From: Pyrinomonadaceae bacterium
GTDB taxonomy: Bacteria; Acidobacteriota; Blastocatellia; Pyrinomonadales; Pyrinomonadaceae
Assembly: GCA_041746675.1 (NCBI GenBank)
Contig: JBGTGO010000050.1
Location: forward strand, 958 to 64,957
Direction of reading: 5' to 3'
Length of the DNA: 64,000 nucleotides
The notes below the pieces were generated by a model. The model was not told where the DNA came from, ran no database searches, and saw only the letters and a list, made by a program, of their open reading frames with translations. The stretch's first letter is position 1. Each line of letters starts with the position of its first letter. The position numbers and the translations under genes are program-made. This document shows, piece after piece, positions 45,612 to 56,477 of this stretch.

Positions 45612-46634
45612 TTAGTTTTTGAACAGATTGTCCGATTGTGTGAAATTTTTGAACTCTACCGATTTTGATTCGACGATTTTGTAATCGGCGGGAATGGTGA
45701 AGAGTGAATTATCAGGTTCGGTTTGGTTGATGTTGATCAGACGATAGATTTGTTCGCCGGAACGCGGGTCGTATTTGCGTGAATAAACGATTAAATCGAG
45801 GTCTTCGGAATACCATTTTTCGTAGGTTATCTCAATCGGCAGTTCGTTTCCGACGACTCCCGCTTCGATGGTTTTGACCGTCCGTGTGCCGACGGCTTCA
45901 ACCCCTTCGATTGTTTTTGTGCCGAGTGATTCGGGTTTAGCATTGTTGTAAGACAAACTTCCTAAACTTCCCAAAATCAACACGTTAGAAAATTCGTTGT
46001 CGATTTTTGCAAACTTTTTCTCCATTTCATCCGAGTTCTTTTTGTATTGAGCGATTTTTTTTTCAATTTCAGTCCGCTGTTCCGCACTCAATTCTGATAA
46101 ATTTTTTGTTTCCACTCGTGCAGGCGTATCCGGACCGTTCGCAAAAAAATTTGCTGCTCCGAATAGATTCTGACTATTATAACGACGAGCTGTTTTTGTT
46201 TTCGGATCTAAGCTGAACCGGACGGAATTGACCGGATCGTAAATTGAAACTGAATCCGCAACGCCGAAGGAAAAGGCGAAACTGAATCCGCTTGTTTGCG
46301 AAGTGTTGAAGTTATCCGCGACACCGTTTCCTTCACGCCGCGTTCTGCCCTCGCCGTCGCGGAACATTTTGACCGATGTTTTCCGCGTGATGCGGTTACC
46401 GTCAGCCAAAACCTGCACGCTTTCGCTGACAGCTTCGAGCGAATACGGTTTATTTTTGATAACCTTCTCGCCTGCAAAAGGCTGATCTCTCATAACTTTT
46501 GCAAATGCGGAAACGACCGCCGTTTGTTTTTCCGCTGTTTGTTTTTCCGCCGTTTGTTTTGAAGGTGTCTGCTGTGCCATTCCGATTGTCGTCAGCAAAG
46601 CAACGGCTATCGAAGTCGTAATTATTTTTTTCAT
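45612..46634 (-). CDS. Secreted protein of unknown function, last gene of the ECF sigma operon
   Basis: Signal peptide (…TTIGMAQQ) and a QTAEK tandem repeat encoded by a 15-nt DNA repeat at about 46520-46560. I recognise no domain. Confidence 0.5.
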   Translation of the reverse strand: MKKIITTSIAVALLTTIGMAQQTPSKQTAEKQTAEKQTAVVSAFAKVMRDQPFAGEKVIKNKPYSLEAVSESVQVLADGNRITRKTSVKMFRDGEGRTRREGNGVADNFNTSQTSGFSFAFSFGVADSVSIYDPVNSVRFSLDPKTKTARRYNSQNLFGAANFFANGPDTPARVETKNLSELSAEQRTEIEKKIAQYKKNSDEMEKKFAKIDNEFSNVLILGSLGSLSYNNAKPESLGTKTIEGVEAVGTRTVKTIEAGVVGNELPIEITYEKWYSEDLDLIVYSRKYDPRSGEQIYRLININQTEPDNSLFTIPADYKIVESKSVEFKNFTQSDNLFKN

Positions 46635-46664
46635 TTTATTTTCCTCTGATTTTTGTTGATAAAT

Positions 46665-47468
46665 TTAGTATTTCTCGACCAATCTGATCGCTCTGGCGAT
46701 GCCGTCCTGTCCGACGAGTAATTCCGTTTTGACGGTCGAATTTTCGTTTTCAAGTTGTAGATTTACGCCGAGAGCGAACAGTTCCGACCTTGAAAATTCG
46801 GTGCTGACAAGTCGCAGATTCTCATTTCCGGTTTCGCCCGTTTCAGCAAAAGGCAGCGAATAAAATATCTTTTGCGGCTCTTTTTTCGCAACTCGTGTTT
46901 GATCTTCATTCACGTTTTTCTGCGTTTTCAGGCGTTTAGGTTTATCCGAATTTTTCGCAAGGATATTCCGTGATTTTGCCGGGTTCGTTTTTCTGATTGG
47001 CTTTGATGATTTGTCGGTGATTCCAAAAATTATTTGTTTATTGCTTTCAGATTTTTTCGGCGTAAAATCTTCCGCAATTTCAGAATCATTTAACAATTCT
47101 TCATTTTTTGCAGTTTCCGGCTGAATTTGCGGTTTAGTTTTGATTTTCTTTTCCAGTGCTGCGTTTGTTGATTCTTGATTCTTAACAAAAACCAAAGCCG
47201 CAAAAACTGCAAATACAACCAAAATCGCCGACGCACTAATTGCCGCCTGACGATTCAGAAAAGATGACTTTAACCAATTCCATTTGACAAACCCGTGTTC
47301 CATTTTAGTGTTTGATTTCCCGTCGGATTCGATTTGCCTTTGTATCGAAGCAAACAACTGCGAACTGCCGACGACTTTTTCGATTTCTGCGTCGGGCGTT
47401 TTCGTAATCGTCAGCAATCTGCTTCCAATTCGGTCGAGTTCCTTATTTTCCGGTTTTTGTCCTTTCAT
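46665..47468 (-). CDS. Putative anti-sigma factor (single-pass membrane protein)
   Basis: Lies directly downstream of the ECF sigma gene. A cytoplasmic N-terminal segment, one TM helix (AISASAILVVFAVFAALVFV) and an extracytoplasmic tail. Confidence 0.5.
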   Translation of the reverse strand: MKGQKPENKELDRIGSRLLTITKTPDAEIEKVVGSSQLFASIQRQIESDGKSNTKMEHGFVKWNWLKSSFLNRQAAISASAILVVFAVFAALVFVKNQESTNAALEKKIKTKPQIQPETAKNEELLNDSEIAEDFTPKKSESNKQIIFGITDKSSKPIRKTNPAKSRNILAKNSDKPKRLKTQKNVNEDQTRVAKKEPQKIFYSLPFAETGETGNENLRLVSTEFSRSELFALGVNLQLENENSTVKTELLVGQDGIARAIRLVEKY

Positions 47469-47504
47469 TGCTTACTGTAAAAGACGCTTTTCGTTTGAAA
47501 GCGG

Positions 47505-48149
47505 TTACAAATATTTTCTCAAAACTTTTCGCAGAGCATTTCTCGCCCGAAACGTGCGGATTTTCACCTTTGATTTCGACCAGCCCGTAATTTCCGCGAT
47601 CTCTCCGACGTTCATTTCATCTTCGTAAAACATCCGCAAAATCGCCCGGTCTTCCGCCTCGATATGCGACAAAAGTTTCTCCGCCAAATCCTTCCCGACC
47701 AGAATGTCTTCCACAGTCTTTTGATCAGGCTGAACATCGGCAAACAAATTTTCGATCTCGTTCTCCGAAAACTCGCAAATCAAATTTTCAGGCTTTCTTT
47801 TCTCCTTCCGAAGCACATCCAGACAAGCATTCGCCGTAATCCGTTTTAACCAACCCGCAAACGAAAATTCGTGTTTCCCTTTGAAATTCCTGATCTCGAA
47901 ATAGACCTTTGAAAATGTAATCTGAATTATCTCTTCGATCTGTTCGGGACTTTGAAAATAATACTTCGCAACGTTCCCGACAAGACGTTTATACCGCTCA
48001 AAAATCTCCTCAAAAGCCGCAATATCTTCCACCGCAACAAGTTCGACCAGCTGCAAATCAGTCTTTTCAGCACACATTTCAACTTCCGCATTTTTATCAT
48101 CAATACGAGTCTGCGAAACTTGATTCTGCCACGTCGTCGAATAATCCAT
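47505..48149 (-). CDS. ECF-type RNA polymerase sigma-70 family factor
   Basis: Region 2 (FEEIFERYKRLVGNVAKYYF…AGWLKRITANACLDVLR) and region 4 (DRAILRMFYEDEMNVGEIAEITGWSKSKVKIRTFRARNALRK). The true start may be the internal ATG at 48077. Confidence 0.85.
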   Translation of the reverse strand: MDYSTTWQNQVSQTRIDDKNAEVEMCAEKTDLQLVELVAVEDIAAFEEIFERYKRLVGNVAKYYFQSPEQIEEIIQITFSKVYFEIRNFKGKHEFSFAGWLKRITANACLDVLRKEKRKPENLICEFSENEIENLFADVQPDQKTVEDILVGKDLAEKLLSHIEAEDRAILRMFYEDEMNVGEIAEITGWSKSKVKIRTFRARNALRKVLRKYL

Positions 48150-48254
48150 TATGTTTAACCGGCAATTCTATCAGCGTTACAACATAAGACGCACTAACCA
48201 GCCAAACGGTTACAGCAGATATATTTTTGCGACAAAATTTGAACAAAAAACCTC

Positions 48255-48286
48255 AAATAAAAAAGGACGAAGCCGAAACTTCGTCC
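48255..48286 (-). terminator. Rho-independent terminator (minus strand)
   Basis: 8-bp stem GGACGAAG / CTTCGTCC with a 6-nt loop. On the minus strand it is followed by TTTTTTATTT. A degenerate copy lies at 50601-50640. Confidence 0.6.
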
Positions 48287-48347
48287 ACTCAAAGAAATAA
48301 AGACTCTAATTCAATTAGTGTCACAGCGTCTCACTTTTTTAAAAAAC

Positions 48348-48527
48348 CTAATTTCCTAATCGTTTTCCGCCCTGTTCAAATCCAACAATATGCCTGCCGA
48401 TATGCCAATAAGTCTGCACCAATATAATATTTATCGCCCGCCCCGCTTGCTCCCGACCTTTGCCAAGCAATTCGCCGATCTCTTCCTTGAGAGATTGGTA
48501 ATTTTTGTTTGAAATATCTTTGCTCAT
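48348..48527 (-). pseudogene. N-terminal fragment of a DUF1016 (YhcG-like PDDEXK nuclease family) gene
   Basis: My own translation gives MSKDISNKNYQSLKEEIGELLGKGREQAGRAINIILVQTYWHIGRHIVGFEQGGKRLGN* (59 aa). This matches the conserved N-terminus of roughly 350-aa DUF1016 proteins and then stops. Confidence 0.55.
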
Positions 48528-48794
48528 TTTTACTCTATTAACTGAATGTTTGATTTAGTGAACTCTGTATTATTTTAAGAATATAGGTTCTTTAATCATT
48601 ATCAATTATTTGCATCATTAGTGAACTAGGAGAAAGAAAAAGGTTGAGGTGTAAAATAATTATCAATAAAAATAAGTTAATTATAAGTCGTAGCTATTAA
48701 CATAATCTGATAAATGTCGGGAAAATTGTTAAAGACAATTTGTATTTCACATAAATTTTTGTTTCATCATTTTATTATAAGAGATATTGCTCAT

Positions 48795-49664
48795 TTATGG
48801 TTTGAATTCACTATTTTTTTCCATTCGATTCTTCAAGTCTTGATACATCGCTTCTACTCTTTCAATTTCTTTTTCTCTAATTAATAGTTGGCTCTCAAAG
48901 TCGTGAATTTCAATTGTTCCTGAACCCTTATTAAAGCTAGCATTAACACTAAAATTTTCGCAAAAAACATAACCACTAGGAGAAGATGCCTTTGTTCTTG
49001 CAGTCCAAACTTCTCTTGGTAAATTGAGAAGATCTGCAAGACTCAAAACCATTTCTTCACTTGTTGATGTATCATAGACGTTAGTTTTATAAAAAAATTT
49101 TAGTTCATATAAACGGTTGTCGAGGAAGGAAAAATTGAAATACCAAATATTTTCTATATTTGCATGGCTATAGTTTGCAATAGTATCTATCCAATCAAAT
49201 TTCGTTAACTCTGGGAGTGTTATATAAAGAATTTTTTTCTCCTTATATGGTTTTGAAAACTCAGACAGAATTCTTCTTGAAACAGGATTCGATTCATCAA
49301 TAAGTTTTCTATTAAGTTTTTGCCATCTATCCATGATCTCAGGGCTAGTTCCTTGCCTTCTAAGACTTATTCTAATTTTCTTTTCATTTGCCAATATCTT
49401 ATCAGCATTTTTAATTCGATTTCTTGAAGACCGATCTAAGTTTATTTTTGTTTCGATAAATAGCATCCTCTTGTCTATCAGTGGCTTAACATCGAACCTA
49501 ACAATTTTTGAAATTTCATCTGGTGTCATTCCTAAACGGATACCTCGTAACGCTGGAGAATCTTCAACTTTCAAGAAACATGGCTTAACTTGGGCATAGC
49601 AATAGCCAGACACAAATATCAAAATCAGGCTGGATAGAATTAATTCTCGTTTTTGCATCAACAT
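48795..49664 (-). CDS. Secreted hypothetical protein in the AT-rich islet
   Basis: I prefer the start at MLMQKRELILSSLILIFVSGYCYAQ (signal peptide). The longer ORF reaching 49787 is AT-rich read-through. I recognise no domain. There is a coiled-coil-like C-terminus. Confidence 0.5.
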   Translation of the reverse strand: MLMQKRELILSSLILIFVSGYCYAQVKPCFLKVEDSPALRGIRLGMTPDEISKIVRFDVKPLIDKRMLFIETKINLDRSSRNRIKNADKILANEKKIRISLRRQGTSPEIMDRWQKLNRKLIDESNPVSRRILSEFSKPYKEKKILYITLPELTKFDWIDTIANYSHANIENIWYFNFSFLDNRLYELKFFYKTNVYDTSTSEEMVLSLADLLNLPREVWTARTKASSPSGYVFCENFSVNASFNKGSGTIEIHDFESQLLIREKEIERVEAMYQDLKNRMEKNSEFKP

Positions 49665-49792
49665 ATTTTTATATAAGATTATTAAGATTAATAAATTTAT
49701 TAAATCGCTCTGCACAGCAAAGTGAAAAATGTTAAAAACTATAAAATTATTGAAATAAAAATAAATTTTGATATTAATAAATCTCAATAAAC

Positions 49793-50536
49793 TTATGTTT
49801 TTAGTTCGTTATACATTTCATTTAGACTTCCAATCCCCTTATTATTCTTACTTCTATTTTTTATGTATTCTACGATGTCCATATACTCATATCCCCATAA
49901 CTTATAATCATACCTTGTAGAACATTCAATTCTTTGAACTTTTGGGGAAAGACACTCCCATATATAGTCTAGAATTTCGGCACCATTTATCCAAAATTTA
50001 GTTTCACTTTCTCTTTTTGCTTTTTCAATTGAGAATAGAGTTGGACGTATTTTTACAAATCCGAGTTTACTTTCATAAAAAATGGAATCAAAAACACCTT
50101 CTTTTTTTAATCCGTGTTTGCTTACAACTGTCATTAAATTTGGAGTCAAAGCGTCTATTTCGTTATCCTCAAATATACCTGTCCATCTTAATAGTTGTCC
50201 CCAATTTTGTTTTGCTCTGTTTTCTTCTTTTATTAAAGCATCATTAAATTTAAGCGAATTGTTCTTGACTTCAGCAATAATAATATCAATGAAATTTTCA
50301 GGATTTCCTATAAGAGGAGAAAATTCAACTTGCCGCTCAGGTTGTTTATGATTTGGAAATCTTACTGCAATTCTATCAATATCTGTCCCTGCATTTCCCC
50401 AGATGCCAGAATGAGGAATGTAGCCACTCTGTAAATAACCATTTAACCTTAAAAATAAACATACTAATCTTTCTTGAAATAAACTTTTTTCTTTTTTATC
50501 TTCTTCATTACTCATTTTATTTAATTTCTTTTTCAT
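49793..50536 (-). CDS. Hypothetical protein with a PD-(D/E)xK nuclease-like N-terminal motif set
   Basis: QERLVCLFLRLNGY (helix with Glu), TDIDRIAVRF (strand with Asp) and IDIIIAEVKN (E-x-K) occur in the order and spacing of restriction-endonuclease-like folds. About 150 further residues have no recognisable domain. Confidence 0.45.
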   Translation of the reverse strand: MKKKLNKMSNEEDKKEKSLFQERLVCLFLRLNGYLQSGYIPHSGIWGNAGTDIDRIAVRFPNHKQPERQVEFSPLIGNPENFIDIIIAEVKNNSLKFNDALIKEENRAKQNWGQLLRWTGIFEDNEIDALTPNLMTVVSKHGLKKEGVFDSIFYESKLGFVKIRPTLFSIEKAKRESETKFWINGAEILDYIWECLSPKVQRIECSTRYDYKLWGYEYMDIVEYIKNRSKNNKGIGSLNEMYNELKT

Positions 50537-50975
50537 TAAGATTATACTTAATAATTGTTTAACTACAATTTCTCTTAGAATCTAAGATCATAGTTTTATT
50601 ATAAAAAAGATAAAGCCGAAACTTCACCTCTACTGATTCAAATCTGAAATTAAATTCACCATTCAAGTTATAAATATTTTCGGTTATAATCAAGTCTAGT
50701 CCGAAATCGTTAAATCTTTAGAAGGAGTGAAATTACTCTAATTCTTTCAGTTGCGTTTCTTTTGCTCTTTAGTTCTGGCAGTTCGATTATGTAATTGCTG
50801 AATGGTTTGAGAATTGAATAATAAAATGGGATCATTTTTGACTTTCTTAATTTACGTTTTGAATCAGAGTTGACTAGAATAACGTTAATTAACTATTGTC
50901 TTTAATTGATTTGTGTTCAAACCGAAACATATTGTTTGGTGAGCAAACTTAGTTCTAATTATTATAAAAATATAA

Positions 50976-53195
<2,220 letters not shown>

Positions 53196-53208
53196 GATTT
53201 TGAAAGGA

Positions 53209-53477
53209 TTTTTGCCCGCGAAATACGCGAAAGGACGCGAAATAAAGAAAAAGAATTATTAATCACAGATAAAAACGGATAAAAACGGATGGAAGAAAAA
53301 AGAAAATATAAAATGCCTTTATGATTTATCTCTTTTCTTAATTATCTGAGTTTATCTGTGTAAATCTGTGGCAAAATTTATTTCTCTTATTCGTGCTAGT
53401 TCGCGTAATTAGCGGGCAAAAACTCTTTCTTATTTTCGCGTCTTTTCGCATTTATTCACGGACAAAAAATTCTTCTA
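53209..53477. repeat. Composite imperfect palindrome (MITE/REP-like) of the CCCGCGAAATACGCGAAAGGACGC family
   Basis: Left end TTTTTGCCCGCGAAATACGCGAAAGGACGCGAA (53209-53241). Inner CACAGATAAAAACGGATAAAAACGGAT faces the inverted GTTTATCTGTGTAAATCTGTG. There are two degenerate inverted copies of the end motif (53391-53422 and about 53447-53477). Confidence 0.65.
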
Positions 53478-53514
53478 TTTTGCCGGGCGATGAATTTTCA
53501 ATTAAATTAGAGTT

Positions 53515-54243
53515 ATGCGAAATAACTTCTCCAAAATCCTTTCAGGTATCGTTACCTCAAAATTATCGGGCGAAAAGCAGGGTGATTTTTTGAATCGTGA
53601 AATTGGAATTGGTAATGAAAATTACACTTATCAACTCTATATTCCGCCGAATGTGCAGGCTGAAAACACACCTTTAATGATTTTTCTGCACGGCATACGT
53701 GAACGCGGGGAAGGCGGTTATATTTCGGGAATGTTTTCGAGTGTTATCAAACAATATCTCAAAGATATTCCGGCGATAATTATGTTTCCGCAGTGTCGTC
53801 CGAATGTTTATTGGTCTGATGCGAAGATGGATAAAATGGTGATGCAGGAGATTGAAGCTGTGAAAAATGAATTTTCAGTTGATGAAACGCGGAAATATTT
53901 GATCGGTGTTTCGATGGGCGGTTACGGGGTTTGGAGTTTTGCGAGCGAATATCCCGAAAAGTTTGCGGCGTTGGTTTCGATTTGCGGCGGAAGTCCTCTA
54001 TCAAATGGAGATCGTTTTTCGCCAATTGCGGAAAAAATCGGCAAGACTCCGGCGTGGTTATTTCACGGAAGCGTGGATGAGGTCGTGCAGGTCAGCGAGT
54101 CACGAAATATGGCGGCGGCGATTCGGGAAAATGGCGGGAATGTAAAATACACCGAATACGAAGGTGTCGGGCATAATTCTTATATGAATGCGATTGGCGA
54201 AAAAGAACTGATGCCTTGGATTTTATCGCAAAAACTCGATTGA
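53515..54243 (+). CDS. Alpha/beta-hydrolase fold esterase (phospholipase/carboxylesterase-like)
   Basis: LMIFLHGIRERGEGG, the nucleophile elbow GVSMGGYGVW, and C-terminal WLFHGSVDEVV and GVGHNSY (Asp/His). Confidence 0.7.
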   Translation: MRNNFSKILSGIVTSKLSGEKQGDFLNREIGIGNENYTYQLYIPPNVQAENTPLMIFLHGIRERGEGGYISGMFSSVIKQYLKDIPAIIMFPQCRPNVYWSDAKMDKMVMQEIEAVKNEFSVDETRKYLIGVSMGGYGVWSFASEYPEKFAALVSICGGSPLSNGDRFSPIAEKIGKTPAWLFHGSVDEVVQVSESRNMAAAIRENGGNVKYTEYEGVGHNSYMNAIGEKELMPWILSQKLD

Positions 54244-54261
54244 TAATTTCAAAATTATATT

Positions 54262-54807
54262 TTAATTTTCAGCCAATTTTTCCAAATGATTTCGGGCATT
54301 TTCCGCTCCCATCATTTTTGCCATATCTTGCGGTGTTGCTCCGTCGCTTGATTTTAAATTCAAGTCCGCACCGTTTTCGATAAGCAGATCAATAATCTCA
54401 ATGCGGTCAAACATTGCGGCAAACATCAGCGGTGTTTTGCCGTCGGACATTTGGGCGTTGACATCCGCACCGTTTTCGATAAGAATTTTTGCCATTTCCA
54501 AATTGCCCTTGAACGCCGCACCCGCGAGCGGGATTTGTCCCATATCGTTGGCGATTTGCGGATCGCCGCCGTTTTTGAGCAGAACTTTTGTCATTTCCAA
54601 CTGTCCGTTGTAACTTGCTAACATCAACAGCGTGTTGCCTTTTCCGTCGCGGATGTTCGGTGCGTCGAAACCTTTATCGAAAAGTCCCTGAAGCCGTTCG
54701 GCATCGCTTGAACGGACGAGTTGAAATAATTCCTGAATCATTTCGTAAGTTTCCTCATCCATCTGCGATTTTTCCGTCTGTGTCGAATCTGCGTTTTCCT
54801 TGTTCAT
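54262..54807 (-). CDS. Ankyrin-repeat protein
   Basis: Four consecutive approximately 33-aa repeats of the type G.TPLM.AA..G..E….LL..GAD.N. Confidence 0.85.
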   Translation of the reverse strand: MNKENADSTQTEKSQMDEETYEMIQELFQLVRSSDAERLQGLFDKGFDAPNIRDGKGNTLLMLASYNGQLEMTKVLLKNGGDPQIANDMGQIPLAGAAFKGNLEMAKILIENGADVNAQMSDGKTPLMFAAMFDRIEIIDLLIENGADLNLKSSDGATPQDMAKMMGAENARNHLEKLAEN

Positions 54808-54828
54808 AGATTTCCTTTTGAAATGTGC

Positions 54829-55110
54829 TTAAAGTTTTTCGATCTCGCCGGCGACATCGAAATCATTGTGCGTTAAACCGCCCGTGTCGTGTGTCGTTAA
54901 TTCGATTTCGGCGTAACCCCAACCGAAGGTTATGTCGGGATGGTGATCGGCAATTTCGGCAATTTCGCCGACTTTATTGACGAATTTCAGACTTTCCGCA
55001 AAGTTTTCAAATTCAAATTTCTTACGCAGAAACTTTTCCTCGACCTTCCATTCATTCAGCTTCTCCAAATTTTCTCCAATTTCGCCGTCAGATAATTTTT
55101 GTCTGCTCAT
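54829..55110 (-). CDS. Pterin-4-alpha-carbinolamine dehydratase
   Basis: 93 aa, with the ADHHPDITFGWGYAEIELTTHD active-site region. Confidence 0.85.
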   Translation of the reverse strand: MSRQKLSDGEIGENLEKLNEWKVEEKFLRKKFEFENFAESLKFVNKVGEIAEIADHHPDITFGWGYAEIELTTHDTGGLTHNDFDVAGEIEKL

Positions 55111-55187
55111 TCGTCTAAATCCTCGCTTTTAGGTTATACTTTTGGGTTTAGTATAACTATTTTGACAGAGTTTGTTTATTAGGGAAT

Positions 55188-55808
55188 ATGCATTTAGGTA
55201 AATTTTTAATTATTACAGTTTTAGCGTTGGTTTTTACAGCTTGCGGCAGCAAGGCAGAGCCTTCTAAACCGCTCGATACGCTCAAGGCTTATCACGAAGC
55301 GGTGCTGAAAAAAGATGCGACGACGATGAAACTTTTGCTGTCCGATGCGTCGCTCAAACTTCATCAGCAAGAGGCACAAGCACAAGGTTTGACGCTCGAT
55401 GACATTGTGATGCGGGACACGCTTTTTCCGATTGACCAGAAAGTTTTCGGTTACAAAAATGAAAAGATCGAAGTTAACAAAGCGACGGTCGAAGTAAAAA
55501 ACAACTTTGGCGGTTACGATATAATTTATCTCGTGAAGGAAGAAGGAATTTGGAAAATTGACAAAAAAGCGACGAGCGACCGGATGATTCAGGATGTTGA
55601 CGCTCCGACGACCGATTTTGAGAATCAGCTCGATCAGGACCGGCAGAAGATAAATGAAAGTATGAATGACACGAAGCCGTCTGATCCCGCCGCTTCGCCG
55701 GGTGTTTCGCCGGATGTTTCGGCAAGTCCCGCGACGAGTCCGAGTATTCCCGACAATTCTCCGCCCGCGACCGGAGATTTTGAACCGACGCTGAATCCGA
55801 CTCCGTAA
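55188..55808 (+). CDS. Lipoprotein, DUF4878/NTF2-like, with a Pro/Ser-rich tail
   Basis: Lipobox FTACGS, …ATVEVKNNFGGYDIIYLVKEEGIWKIDKK…, and a C-terminal PAASPGVSPDVSASPATSPS. It is a paralogue of the next gene. Confidence 0.5.
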   Translation: MHLGKFLIITVLALVFTACGSKAEPSKPLDTLKAYHEAVLKKDATTMKLLLSDASLKLHQQEAQAQGLTLDDIVMRDTLFPIDQKVFGYKNEKIEVNKATVEVKNNFGGYDIIYLVKEEGIWKIDKKATSDRMIQDVDAPTTDFENQLDQDRQKINESMNDTKPSDPAASPGVSPDVSASPATSPSIPDNSPPATGDFEPTLNPTP

Positions 55809-55820
55809 GATATTTTTGCT

Positions 55821-56414
55821 ATGAATTATTTGAAGATTTTCCTTTTTGCGATAGTTTGTTTGTCCTTCCCGGCGTGTTGGTCAACGCCGGAAAACACGGC
55901 AGTTTCTGAAAATGTGAACACGAATACGACGAAGATTGAGCAAGTCGAAACTGCTGACGGAACGGAAAAAGAAAACAGCGGAACAATTGACGAAAAGTTG
56001 TCTGAAGGCAGGGAAGTTGATCTCGTAAAATCAACCGAAATCACTAAACCGCACGCGGAACTTTCGCCGACCGAAGTTTTAATCGGCTTTGCTCAAGCCT
56101 CGAACGCTCACAATGCGGCGAATTTTAAGAAATATATTACAAGGAAATCATTGGAATTTTTCAAAGCGGATGCCGCGAAACAGGGAATGACGGTTGATGA
56201 ACTGATTGAAAAACCGAGTCAGATGCCGACGGTCGAAACACCGAAATTCCGCAATGAAAAAATCAACGGCGACACGGCAACGGTCGAAGCGGAAAATATG
56301 AACGGAAGTTTCGATGAGTATCCGTTGGTCAAAGAAGACGGCGTTTGGAAAGTAGATTTTGATAAATTCCTCAGACAGCAGATGGAGAAAATCAATCAAG
56401 GCGGCAGGCGTTAA
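55821..56414 (+). CDS. Lipoprotein, DUF4878/NTF2-like (tandem paralogue)
   Basis: Signal/lipobox-like FPACWS, and …ATVEAENMNGSFDEYPLVKEDGVWKVDFDK…, which parallels the previous gene. Confidence 0.5.
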   Translation: MNYLKIFLFAIVCLSFPACWSTPENTAVSENVNTNTTKIEQVETADGTEKENSGTIDEKLSEGREVDLVKSTEITKPHAELSPTEVLIGFAQASNAHNAANFKKYITRKSLEFFKADAAKQGMTVDELIEKPSQMPTVETPKFRNEKINGDTATVEAENMNGSFDEYPLVKEDGVWKVDFDKFLRQQMEKINQGGRR

Positions 56415-56477
56415 AGTATAAATTAGCAAAACATTTGTGTACTTAAGAAAGATTATTTAGGAGAACAATTTTAAAAA

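Noticed and set aside
53393-53593. 66-aa ORF overlapping the start of the esterase gene.
   Set aside because: Its 5' half is a translation of the degenerate palindromic repeat copies, so it has no coding signal.
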